Assembly: GCA_964418785.1 (NCBI GenBank)
Contig: CAYQNP010000231.1
Coordinates: forward strand, 1-36,416
DNA length: 36,416 nucleotides
Direction of reading: 5' to 3'
Origin: an uncultured Spirochaetia bacterium
GTDB lineage: Bacteria; Spirochaetota; JAHITG01; CAYQNP01
Both the position numbers and the translations under genes were made by a program. Below the pieces are notes generated by a model. That model made no database searches. It was given only the letters and a program-made list of their open reading frames with translations, and was not told the origin of the DNA. Shown in pieces: positions 1 to 8,679 of this stretch. Position 1 is the stretch's first letter; the number at the start of each line of letters is the position of its first letter.

Positions 1-244
1 AAATATTTTTTTTTCGTTTTCTTGTTGTTTTAGTTTTATGAGCAGGTTTATCTTCGAATTCAATACTCTGTTTAACCTTATCTTCAAGTTCGTGTAAAGT
101 ATCAATAAACATATCATAAGACTTTTTTAATTCTCCGATAAATTTTCCAACCTTATACACTACTTTAGGGATATCATCAGGTTTTACAACAAGAATAATT
201 ACAATTATTATAATAATTGTTTCCCAAAAACCTATACCAAACAT
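1..244 (-). CDS. tatA: TatA/TatB-family twin-arginine translocase subunit; the 3' end runs off the window (not in the supplied ORF track)
   Basis: My translation of the reverse strand from the ATG at 242-244 gives MFGIGFWETIIIIIVIILVVKPDDIPKVVYKVGKFIGELKKSYDMFIDTLHELEDKVKQ..., open to position 1. It has a single N-terminal TM helix followed by an amphipathic helix, and an MF-IGF-E start as in TatA/TatB. It begins 3 nt after the tatC stop. Confidence 0.65.
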   Translation of the reverse strand, partial: MFGIGFWETIIIIIVIILVVKPDDIPKVVYKVGKFIGELKKSYDMFIDTLHELEDKVKQSIEFEDKPAHKTKTTRKRKKNI

Positions 245-247
245 AAT

Positions 248-1000
248 CTATTCACCAAATTTAAATATTTTTGCAATTATAATAGCAAGGTAATACAGAA
301 CAATTAACGGCAAAGCAAAAGCAATCTGAGAAAATATATCCGGCGGAGTTACAATTGCAGAAAGCACAAAAATACCTACTACTATAAATCTGCTGATTTT
401 CAAAACAGTTTTTCTTTTTATCATATTTAAATATAATAACAACTCAAGAATTAAAGGTAATTGAAAAATCAATAATCCTATTAATAAAAACTGAAGGATA
501 TAAAAAATGTTTTTTCCGAAATTTAATAGAAGTCCTACATTAGCAGGAACAAACGCTGCATCAGTTAAAAATTTTACTGAAACAGGAATAATTTTAAAAT
601 ATCCGTAATAGATACTAAAAAGGATCAGAAAAAAACTGCTGATTAAAGAATAGATAATAATCTTTTTCTCTTTTCTTTTTAACCCGGGAAAAATAAATTT
701 TATAATATTATAAAGGTGTACAGGTAAAGATAAAACTATCCCTGTAATAAAAGAAATTTTAATTCTAATTGCAAATCCTTCATAGATTGAATTTATAAAA
801 AGTTTTTCCTTGCCGAGAGAGCTGTTTGCTGCTTTCAGCGGTTTTATTAATATCTCTACAATCTGTTCATAAAATATAAAAGCCACAATAAAGGTTATAG
901 TCAAAGCAATAAATGATACAAAAAGTCTTTTTCTAAGTTCACGAATATGATCAAGGAACGACATTTCAATATCTGTATCCGATTTTACTTTTCTTTTCAT
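248..1000 (-). CDS. tatC: Twin-arginine translocase subunit TatC
   Basis: 250 aa polytopic membrane protein. The N-terminal MSFLDHIRELRKRL motif is typical of TatC (F/L-x-HL-x-ELR-x-R). TAG stop, with tatA directly downstream. Confidence 0.85.
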   Translation of the reverse strand: MKRKVKSDTDIEMSFLDHIRELRKRLFVSFIALTITFIVAFIFYEQIVEILIKPLKAANSSLGKEKLFINSIYEGFAIRIKISFITGIVLSLPVHLYNIIKFIFPGLKRKEKKIIIYSLISSFFLILFSIYYGYFKIIPVSVKFLTDAAFVPANVGLLLNFGKNIFYILQFLLIGLLIFQLPLILELLLYLNMIKRKTVLKISRFIVVGIFVLSAIVTPPDIFSQIAFALPLIVLYYLAIIIAKIFKFGE

Positions 1001-1010
1001 AATCTACACC

Positions 1011-1038
1011 AATAAATCAATTTTAAAATTAAAGTCAA
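1011..1038 (-). promoter_or_regulatory. Candidate sigma70-type promoter for tatC-tatA (TTGACT-N16-TTTATT on the minus strand)
   Basis: The reverse strand reads AACTTGACT-16 nt-TTTATT, then GGTG and the ATG at 1000. It shares the AACTTGAC extended -35 context and the 16-nt spacer with the two stronger promoters at 8639-8666 and 30250-30277. The -10 element is weak. Confidence 0.35.
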
Positions 1039-1057
1039 GTTGTAAGCAATTATTAAA

Positions 1058-3850
1058 TTAAAATTTTATTTCATAGTAAACAGTTTTATAATCTGCTTTC
1101 ATTTCAAAATTAAATCCTTTTTTATGTTTTGAAAAATCAACTTTTTTCATTCGCTTTCCATATAAAGATAAAGCATAAATACTTTCAGGCGATTTTGCAT
1201 TAATAAAAACAGTTCCTTTTACCGGTTGAATTAACAAAGGCGGAGTACCGGTATCAACAAGCCGGCCGTTTTTAGTTATTTTCATTCCTTTTTGTCTTGT
1301 TCTGGAAACAGCCGTTAAAAGAAGATGTTTTGACTTTTTAATTGGTTTATTATCGAGAGAAGTTAAAATAACAATTGCAAAGTCTGTTTTTAAATTTATT
1401 TCAGCAGTATTAAATTTTACTTTATCTCCTTTTGTAAAACCGATGATACCAAGACTTTTTTTATTTTCAAATGAAATCAATCCTTTTTTAGTATTCCAGA
1501 GCAACTCCCCTGTTGACGAAGGGAAGATATAATTATTTTTATCATTATATTTAAGCAGTTCTTTATTATTAAATTTAGACGATACTGCTATATCCGTAAA
1601 CATCAAACCGGCTTTTGCTACAAGTCCCATACGGGGAAATACTTTTAATTTTGAAAAAGGATTAACAGCCTCTTCCGGAGTAATTTTTGAAAAATATCCG
1701 GTATCTGCCTCTTTTAAATCTCTTCTATGAAAAATTAAAGAGCAGACAGGCCATAAAGCAGTTATAGCAGGTTTATTATATACATCAAGAACATGTGTTA
1801 AACTATATTTAAACTCTCTTGAATGAGTATATGCAAACTGTATTGCATTCCAGTTATGCAACGAAGAATATAAAGCCAGAATAGGGACACCTTCTGCACG
1901 GAACTCATTAGGCGCATAACAATTCCATTCTGATATAACAAACGGTTTTCCGTAGACCGCTTTTGTACTCATTTCTCCGATAATTCCGCCGATATCTGAT
2001 TTAACCATTGGATCAGGATTACTCCATGCACCTTTTGCAAATTTATTTCCTCCGCTCTTTTTCCAGTAATTATGTCGGTCAACAAAATCAAGTTTTGCAT
2101 TAAGATGCACATCTGCAATATCTTTAACCCAATGATTACTTCCTGTAATAGCACATTTAACTCCAAGCTTTCTTAAAAATGAATACATTTCTTTATAATA
2201 TTTCCACTGAGTATCGTATATAAATCTGTATATATCTTTTATTCTTTTTTTACTATAGTTATGGACTTTAATTTTTCTATAATCAGCAGGAATTTCAACA
2301 GTTTCATTTTCAGGGGCTTCAAAATCTTCTAAGCCGACTCTACCTGCTTCTCGCCATGCTGCCAACAAATTTGCTCTATTTTTATATTTTTTTATCAGCC
2401 ACTTATTAAAAAGTTTTTTCCATATTTTTCTGTAATATTTAGATCTTATAGAAAATCTGCTTGTTTTTTTAATAAAAAATAAAGAGTCTTCATTTATTAT
2501 TTCCATCATTACCATAGCAGGATCATCTATTAATCTTTTACCTGTATATTTATTTTTATGCAGCAGCAGCTGTTTAATATACTCTTTTTGTAAATTTATA
2601 AGATGTCTGTCGAACTCGCCTTCAATTTTATATCCTTTTACAATATCACTTCTGGCCTTAATACCGTCATTTTTCAAGGCCGTTCTATGGACGAGCAAAT
2701 CAAGATATATATAAATACCCCGTTTTTTTAACTGATACCACAAATAATCCAGTTTATCCAATGATGCTTCAGACAATTTTCGTGTACTATTCGGGTCATT
2801 CCCGAATATATTAGGATTAGCCCATTCAGCATCTAAGTGATGCAATCTAACAATATTAGCTCCCATTTGTGCAATTCTCGCAGCAATTTTTTCTGCTTTA
2901 CTTTTAGTTAAAAAATTCCCGGAAGCAACCATATTGAAGCCCCAGAATCTGATTTCTTTTCCATTAGAAAAATAAAATTTATCTTTTTTAATTTTTATAA
3001 AACCATATTTGCCTGCCGGCGGATCAAGTAAATAAGACATATCAATCACACTATTTTCTGCATCTTCAGGTGAAAATTCTACATAAGGGAACCAATCAGA
3101 AGTATCTAATTTAACAAGCTCTTCTACTATTGCCGGGAGATAAGGTCCTTTATCTGTCAGAGTAAGGGCAAACAGCATCAGATAATTTTTTATTCCTTCA
3201 GTTTTAACAATAATTTTTTTTATTTTTTTATCAGGCCGAGGATTTTTCCATGCATAAAGATATACTGATACTTCGTCTGTAACTGCATTTTTACCTGTCC
3301 AGACAGGCCGTGCATAATCAGATTCGAATTTTCCCCACCAATTAAATATGTGCTTTTTATACTCAAGTTTTTTAACTATCTTTTTCCCGTCCTCATACAC
3401 AAAGATGTATTTACCCGCTATACCTTTGCCCCAACTGGCTGAATGCAGAAAATATATACCTGCACATCGGGAATCTATTTTTATTTCGGCAGAAACAGGA
3501 TACGATTTATTGTCATCTCCTCGAAGTATTAAAACTGTTTTTCCGTTATTTTTATTTCCATCAATAAGTAAAAAAGGTATATTTAAAAATTTATGAACAC
3601 CTTTAAGATTAAAAGTTCTAAAATCATTATTTCCTGCATCAATCCAACCGCCTTTGCCATCATCCTCAACATCATCCTTATATCCTTTATTTACTACACC
3701 TGAAATATCTATCATTTTAAAATTCTGTTTAACCTTATTATATTTTTCCCGAACTAAGAATAGAGGTGCGTCATTTATTCCTTTGTCTAAATTAACATTT
3801 ATTATAAGAAAAATCATAAATAATAATACTACATATATTCTTTTCAACAT
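1058..3850 (-). CDS. Secreted clan GH-A (beta/alpha)8 glycoside hydrolase (GH5/GH2-like) with a large N-terminal non-catalytic domain
   Basis: The start was moved to the ATG at 3850 (MLKRIYVVLLFMIFLIINV signal-like peptide, AGGAGG 7 nt upstream). The track start at 3934 would overlap the upstream sulfatase. TIM-barrel motifs are present: FWGFNM...GANIVRLHHLD, the acid/base-like MMEIINEDS (NE) and the nucleophile-like FVISEWN. Confidence 0.55.
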   Translation of the reverse strand: MLKRIYVVLLFMIFLIINVNLDKGINDAPLFLVREKYNKVKQNFKMIDISGVVNKGYKDDVEDDGKGGWIDAGNNDFRTFNLKGVHKFLNIPFLLIDGNKNNGKTVLILRGDDNKSYPVSAEIKIDSRCAGIYFLHSASWGKGIAGKYIFVYEDGKKIVKKLEYKKHIFNWWGKFESDYARPVWTGKNAVTDEVSVYLYAWKNPRPDKKIKKIIVKTEGIKNYLMLFALTLTDKGPYLPAIVEELVKLDTSDWFPYVEFSPEDAENSVIDMSYLLDPPAGKYGFIKIKKDKFYFSNGKEIRFWGFNMVASGNFLTKSKAEKIAARIAQMGANIVRLHHLDAEWANPNIFGNDPNSTRKLSEASLDKLDYLWYQLKKRGIYIYLDLLVHRTALKNDGIKARSDIVKGYKIEGEFDRHLINLQKEYIKQLLLHKNKYTGKRLIDDPAMVMMEIINEDSLFFIKKTSRFSIRSKYYRKIWKKLFNKWLIKKYKNRANLLAAWREAGRVGLEDFEAPENETVEIPADYRKIKVHNYSKKRIKDIYRFIYDTQWKYYKEMYSFLRKLGVKCAITGSNHWVKDIADVHLNAKLDFVDRHNYWKKSGGNKFAKGAWSNPDPMVKSDIGGIIGEMSTKAVYGKPFVISEWNCYAPNEFRAEGVPILALYSSLHNWNAIQFAYTHSREFKYSLTHVLDVYNKPAITALWPVCSLIFHRRDLKEADTGYFSKITPEEAVNPFSKLKVFPRMGLVAKAGLMFTDIAVSSKFNNKELLKYNDKNNYIFPSSTGELLWNTKKGLISFENKKSLGIIGFTKGDKVKFNTAEINLKTDFAIVILTSLDNKPIKKSKHLLLTAVSRTRQKGMKITKNGRLVDTGTPPLLIQPVKGTVFINAKSPESIYALSLYGKRMKKVDFSKHKKGFNFEMKADYKTVYYEIKF

Positions 3851-3866
3851 AATAGACCTCCTGATA

Positions 3867-5249
3867 CTAAATTTTAACTTTAAAAACACCTTTTGCATTT
3901 TCAGCAAAATCCAACTTCTGCTCCCATTTTTCAAGCATACTGCTCAATTCTTTTATTTCAGACTTATAATTCTTTTTTTCAGCAAGATTATTCTTTTCCC
4001 ACGGATCGTTTTGTAAATCAAAAAGTTGAATAACAGGGTCATTCCTATAAGCAATCAACTTAAATTTATCTGTACGAATCATTCGTCCCATATCATGCAT
4101 TACTTCTGTAACAAGAAACTCTCTCCAATTAACATTTTTTCTTTCAAGAATAGGCTTTAATGAAAGTCCTTTAACATTATCTGCAGGTTTAATTCCAGCA
4201 TAATCACAAATAGTGCTGAACAAATCGAGACCTGAAACAAGATTCTTTTTATTTATTCTGTTTTTCGGGATTCTGCCGGGAAAAGATATTATTAACGGGA
4301 CTTTTACAGATTCTTCATAAAGGAAATTTTTTGTAACAGTTCTGTGTCGTGCCATTCCTTCTCCATGATCAGAAGTAAAAATTATCATTGTATTATCAGC
4401 ATATTCAGAATCGTAAATAGCATCTAATACTCTTCCTATTTCCTTATCAACTTCTTCAACCATTCTGTAATAACTCCACAAGTAATATCTCCAATTCAAT
4501 TCATTCCATTTATTAGTTTGTGCTCTTGGTATATGCGACTCTGCAGATTCTTTAAAATTAAATTTAAAATTCGGAGGCAATGGGGGGAGTTTATCAATAT
4601 CTTTAAACGGCAGATTTTCTATTTCATCTGCATTTCTTTTTATCCAATTACATATATCATGCGGCTGTAAAAAAGATACTGAGAGAAAAAACGGTTTATT
4701 ACCTTTATAATTTCTAAGAAAAGCTTCACTAACACCTGAAACACCGGAATCCCCAAGAGTACCTCTTACCCCTATTCCTGCAGGTAAAACTTTAAATCCC
4801 GGTATTTTATCCTGATATCCGTTAGGCAGATGCCATTTTCCAACATATACTGTTTCATATCCGTTTTCAGAAAGAACTTCACCTAAATTAGGAATATCTG
4901 AACGAATAGCCAGACCGTTCTTTATAACACCTGTTTCAGAACTCATCCTGCCGGTATAAATACTGCTTCGTGCAGGAGAACAAATAGGATTAGTGCTGTA
5001 TGATTCCATAAAAGTTACACCGCTTTTTTTCAATCTGTCCATATTGGGAGTATTAACATCAGAACATCCCAATGCTGATAATGTATCAAGTCCTTGCTGG
5101 TCTGTCATTATCAATACTATATTAGGTCTTTTATCCTTCTTTCCCGCAAATAAATTTTTTCTAAATTTTATATTACTTGCCATGATAGTTCCTCCGGCTA
5201 AAGATAAATTTAAAAATTCTCTTCTGGTAAATTTAAACTTTTCTTTCAT
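3867..5249 (-). CDS. Formylglycine-dependent (S1-type) sulfatase with a twin-arginine (Tat) signal peptide
   Basis: The N-terminus MKEKFKFTRREFLNLSLAGGTIMAS matches the Tat consensus S/T-RR-x-FL. It also has IVLIMTDQQG, the FGly motif C-S-P-A-R (nt 4968-4982) and GKWHL. Confidence 0.9.
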   Translation of the reverse strand: MKEKFKFTRREFLNLSLAGGTIMASNIKFRKNLFAGKKDKRPNIVLIMTDQQGLDTLSALGCSDVNTPNMDRLKKSGVTFMESYSTNPICSPARSSIYTGRMSSETGVIKNGLAIRSDIPNLGEVLSENGYETVYVGKWHLPNGYQDKIPGFKVLPAGIGVRGTLGDSGVSGVSEAFLRNYKGNKPFFLSVSFLQPHDICNWIKRNADEIENLPFKDIDKLPPLPPNFKFNFKESAESHIPRAQTNKWNELNWRYYLWSYYRMVEEVDKEIGRVLDAIYDSEYADNTMIIFTSDHGEGMARHRTVTKNFLYEESVKVPLIISFPGRIPKNRINKKNLVSGLDLFSTICDYAGIKPADNVKGLSLKPILERKNVNWREFLVTEVMHDMGRMIRTDKFKLIAYRNDPVIQLFDLQNDPWEKNNLAEKKNYKSEIKELSSMLEKWEQKLDFAENAKGVFKVKI

Positions 5250-6010
5250 CTGGAAATCCCTCTTATCTTAAGTTGTTGCACAATTCGATTATGTATAGTT
5301 ATAGCATCAGGATTTAAAATGTATGCCTTTAATCCGTTAATAGCAATAAGCAATCTACCGGTATTATCAATATAATAAAGCCAGGGAAGCCAACCTTCCC
5401 CTATATGCTGATATACTTTTACTTTATGTTTTTCTCCGCCAAAAAATATTCTCTGCTCTTTTATAAATCTTAATATCTGATTATTCTTTATTTTATCAAG
5501 TTCATCTATTACTGTAAAATTTAATTTTTCTTCTGATTCATAAGAAATACGCTGTAGTGCTTCCAGAAAACTCCAGTTAGATGTAACTATTCCGTTTATA
5601 TTTTTTCTTTTTTTTAAGGCGGTTAAATTCCCTTTTTTTAAAATAGATGCTTCTTTAATTTTTCTTTTATTATAGTAAAGATTATATTTTATATCCCAGT
5701 TTAAAGGTGTTGCCGATAAATCATTCTTACATAATATTTTTGCATCAATAGTAAACAAACTATTAAACTCTATAACCTGCTGCGAAACCTTTAAGCGAAA
5801 GTCTTGTTCTGTTACATTACTTTTTTCTAATAAAATATATCCGAAATGATTATATCCTCTTTCATTAGGTTTCAGCAGCCATATCTGCCATACCTGTTTA
5901 AATTTTTTATTTGGTGAAAATTCTGTATTATCAAATTTAACATTTAAAGCTCCGAACTTTTTCAACGATTGTACATTAAGCGGAGTAAACCATTCTTTAT
6001 ATCTTTTCAT
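5246..6010 (-). CDS. Hypothetical protein, no family recognised, no signal peptide
   Basis: 254 aa ORF with AGGAGG 6 nt upstream of the ATG. Its TGA overlaps the ATG of the Tat-sulfatase (ATGA), indicating translational coupling. It has a single Cys and no motif I can place. Confidence 0.6.
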   Translation of the reverse strand: MKRYKEWFTPLNVQSLKKFGALNVKFDNTEFSPNKKFKQVWQIWLLKPNERGYNHFGYILLEKSNVTEQDFRLKVSQQVIEFNSLFTIDAKILCKNDLSATPLNWDIKYNLYYNKRKIKEASILKKGNLTALKKRKNINGIVTSNWSFLEALQRISYESEEKLNFTVIDELDKIKNNQILRFIKEQRIFFGGEKHKVKVYQHIGEGWLPWLYYIDNTGRLLIAINGLKAYILNPDAITIHNRIVQQLKIRGISR

Positions 6011-6024
6011 TCTATCCTCCTTAA

Positions 6025-7485
6025 TTAAATTTCTATACCTACTCTAACATATTGTTCTTCAGGTGCATCATTTTCTTTCATTAATTTTATCATATTTTCC
6101 AGCATTAACTTTTCTACATTTTTATCTGTTACAGGCATCATTTGAGCAGGATCTTTTTCTAAATCAAAAAGTAAATTTCCAAATCTTTTAAGATTTCTCC
6201 AATCAAAAGCAGGTATTTTCATAAGTTTACAGCCTTTAGTAAAATTAAAAGGCTCTGAAAGTTCTATATTTTGAAGTTCTTCAACAGAAAAAGAATGCTG
6301 CATATGAGCAGGCATTAAAGTATATTCAAAAAGAGGGGAACCATCGTCATTTACAGGAGCACGCATATAAACAAATTTCCCGTCCGTTATATTAATATGC
6401 CCTCCATGTACACCAAAAAGAGCATACTCTCTAACTTTTTTATCATTTTTTATAGTTTCTTTTAAACTTTTTCCCAACATTTCATCCGGAATTTTAACAT
6501 TAAAAAAATCAAGTATGGTAGGAGCAATATCTATTGTTTGAACAAGCGTACCTCTGCGTTCACCTTTAACTTTAAATTCAGGGTGATAAATAAAAAAAGG
6601 GATATTAACTATTTCATTATATAACGGCATAACAGATTTTCCGAACCAATTATGTTCTCCGAGCAAGAAACCGTGATCAGTATTAACTATTAACATAGTA
6701 TCACGCCACAAATTATATTTATCCATCAGATCAAGGACTTTCCCGAGATTTTCGTCGCACATACTAATAAGAGCAGCATTTTTATAACGAATATGGCGGA
6801 TTTCTGCATCTGATTTATCTGCTTCTTTATACTCCGGCCAATCCCACAACGGACCATTGTAGTTATGCGGATATAAATCTTCAAATTTTTTATAAGTAAA
6901 ATAAGGCTCATGGGGGTCAAAAGTTTCAATTTGTAAAAACCAGTTATCTTCGGAATGGTTTTTTTCAATAAATTCCAGACCAAGATTAAAAGTTTTATTT
7001 TGGGGGTGCAAATTTTCATTCTGCATATATATTCTATTAACCCAATCCTGTCTTGCTCTCGGTGAATTTTTATTAATATTATGTGGGATATCAATATTTC
7101 CGACAACACCTTTCCACGGATCACCTTCCTGGCCGCGGCTAATTTCCCAACTACTATATTTTGTATGATAAGTAGCACCGCCGTCTTCCCAATAGTGATA
7201 ATGATCACTTATAAGGTGAGTATAAATTCCATTATTTTTTAATATTTCCGGCATAGAATTATCGAAAGGTTCAAGGGGTCCCCAACTTCTATGCAGGAAA
7301 TTATATCTTCCCGTATGAATTTCTCTTCTTGCCGGCATACAGGGCAAACTACCGGCAAAACAGTTATCAAAAACAACAGAATTTTCAGCAAGTCTTTTAA
7401 AATTCGGAGCCACAACCCAATCATTACCATACGGCGGGAGCATATGTTTATTAAGAGAATCGAACATAACCATAATAACTTTCAT
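6025..7485 (-). CDS. Cytoplasmic Cys-type sulfatase (S1-like, alkaline-phosphatase superfamily)
   Basis: It starts directly with the metal-binding strand MKVIMVMFDSL and has no signal peptide. FGly motif C-M-P-A-R at nt 7327-7341, TDHGF motif, GGTGGTG RBS. Confidence 0.85.
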   Translation of the reverse strand: MKVIMVMFDSLNKHMLPPYGNDWVVAPNFKRLAENSVVFDNCFAGSLPCMPARREIHTGRYNFLHRSWGPLEPFDNSMPEILKNNGIYTHLISDHYHYWEDGGATYHTKYSSWEISRGQEGDPWKGVVGNIDIPHNINKNSPRARQDWVNRIYMQNENLHPQNKTFNLGLEFIEKNHSEDNWFLQIETFDPHEPYFTYKKFEDLYPHNYNGPLWDWPEYKEADKSDAEIRHIRYKNAALISMCDENLGKVLDLMDKYNLWRDTMLIVNTDHGFLLGEHNWFGKSVMPLYNEIVNIPFFIYHPEFKVKGERRGTLVQTIDIAPTILDFFNVKIPDEMLGKSLKETIKNDKKVREYALFGVHGGHINITDGKFVYMRAPVNDDGSPLFEYTLMPAHMQHSFSVEELQNIELSEPFNFTKGCKLMKIPAFDWRNLKRFGNLLFDLEKDPAQMMPVTDKNVEKLMLENMIKLMKENDAPEEQYVRVGIEI

Positions 7486-7501
7486 ATTACACCACCTTCA
7501 A

Positions 7502-7515
7502 TGCAAGCGCTTCCA
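7502..7515. promoter_or_regulatory. Candidate LacI-family operator (site 1): TGCAAGCGCTTCCA
   Basis: 14-bp palindrome with 6 of 7 pairs and a central CG, lying 17-30 nt upstream of the sulfatase ATG at 7485. One of four related sites in intergenic regions. Confidence 0.6.
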
Positions 7516-7556
7516 ATTGTCCGCTGTATTATTCCTCCCTATAAAATTTAATCTTC

Positions 7557-8600
7557 TCATATCTTTCTACAACTTTCCCTCTCTACAAGTTCATAAGATA
7601 ACTTAACGCTTATTGGTTCTTTTCTAAATTTGAATATTCTTTCCAGCAGCAATTTTGTTCCCATACTCCCCATCTCATTTCGAAACACCCTTATAGTTGT
7701 AAGCGGCGGGATAACAAACTGACTCTCATATATGTCGTCAAATCCTATTATAGAAATATCTTCAGGAACTTTATAGCCTTCTTCATTTAAAAGTCTTATT
7801 AAATTTATTGCAAGTCTATCCTGAGCACAGAATATCGCTGTTGGCTTCTCGTTTATTACTTTCATTATTTTATCTTTCTTCTCTAAAAATTTAGTATAAT
7901 CTGAATGCACATCATGTATTATTATATTAGAATCAACTTCTATTTTATATTTGCGCAGAGCTTTCTTATATCCCTGAAATCTTTCTTTAAAGCTTATATT
8001 CTGCAAAGAATCACTTATAAATCCTATTTTTTTATGGTTTAAACCGATTAAATATTCAACTGCAGTAAAAGCTGCATCCACATTATTTACAAATACAGTA
8101 TCAAAAGAGCCCTCATTGAAATGATTATCAATTAAAATAACCTTTATCCCCAAATTTTCAATTGTCTCTGCAATTTCAGGTTCAAAATTTCCACACAACA
8201 GAACTCCTTCTACATTCTGTTCCTGAATCATTTTAGGCAAACTACCATCCCATTTTTTATTATCACATTTAATAGAATCGAACAGGATATTACAATTATT
8301 CTTACTTGCTTCCCATGTAGCTGCAGCAAAAATATCTGAAAAGAACGGTACTGTCTGAGGATTATCTATATCCTTAACTAAAAAACCTATATTTTCCGAA
8401 CGCTTTAATGCCAGCCCTCGTGCTAAAGCATTGGGGGTATAATTTAATTCCTTTGCAATTTTTAATATTCGTTCTTTAGTCTCTTTTTTTATCAAGCCTT
8501 CTTTATTATTAAATGCACGTGAAACTGTAGATATCGCCACTCCTGCTTTTCTGGCAACATCTGCGATAGTTACATTCTTCTTTATATTTGCTGTATCCAT
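7557..8600 (-). CDS. LacI/GalR-family transcriptional regulator
   Basis: N-terminal HTH VTIADVARKAGVAISTVSRAFNN...LNYTPNALARGLA, followed by a periplasmic-binding-protein-like sugar-binding core (IGFLV, GFDD). Confidence 0.9.
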   Translation of the reverse strand: MDTANIKKNVTIADVARKAGVAISTVSRAFNNKEGLIKKETKERILKIAKELNYTPNALARGLALKRSENIGFLVKDIDNPQTVPFFSDIFAAATWEASKNNCNILFDSIKCDNKKWDGSLPKMIQEQNVEGVLLCGNFEPEIAETIENLGIKVILIDNHFNEGSFDTVFVNNVDAAFTAVEYLIGLNHKKIGFISDSLQNISFKERFQGYKKALRKYKIEVDSNIIIHDVHSDYTKFLEKKDKIMKVINEKPTAIFCAQDRLAINLIRLLNEEGYKVPEDISIIGFDDIYESQFVIPPLTTIRVFRNEMGSMGTKLLLERIFKFRKEPISVKLSYELVERESCRKI

Positions 8601-8613
8601 AACATTAATCCAA

Positions 8614-8627
8614 TGGAATCGCTTCCT
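8614..8627. promoter_or_regulatory. Candidate LacI-family operator (site 2, opposite orientation): TGGAATCGCTTCCT
   Basis: On the minus strand it reads AGGAAGCGATTCCATTGG. It begins 11 nt downstream of the -10 of the lacI-family gene promoter, which implies autoregulation. Confidence 0.5.
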
Positions 8628-8638
8628 TTTATGTTTAA

Positions 8639-8666
8639 ATTATACTATCTTAAAACTACATGTCAA
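8639..8666 (-). promoter_or_regulatory. Near-consensus sigma70 promoter for the LacI-family gene (TTGACA-N16-TATAAT)
   Basis: The minus strand reads AACTTGACA TGTAGTTTTAAGATAG TATAAT, with the -35 at 8661-8666 and the -10 at 8639-8644. Confidence 0.7.
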
Positions 8667-8679
8667 GTTATATTTAATA

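Noticed and set aside
3851-3934. Longer N-terminal extensions offered by the ORF track (3851-3934, 26127-26186, 30182-30223, 22083-22109, 29347-29355)
   Set aside because: The extensions overlap the upstream gene or run through the RBS or operator. Internal starts at 3850, 26126, 30181, 22082 and 29346 have good Shine-Dalgarno spacing and give sensible N-termini, meaning signal peptides or the conserved GH94 start.
7486-7556. A dedicated sigma70 promoter for the sulfatase operon, and likewise for the beta-helix gene at 32977-33060
   Set aside because: I could not find a -35/-10 pair with acceptable spacing. The best candidates (AATAAT, TATAAC) lack a matching -35. Transcription may start from weak promoters or read through from upstream genes. 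Only the operators are reported.
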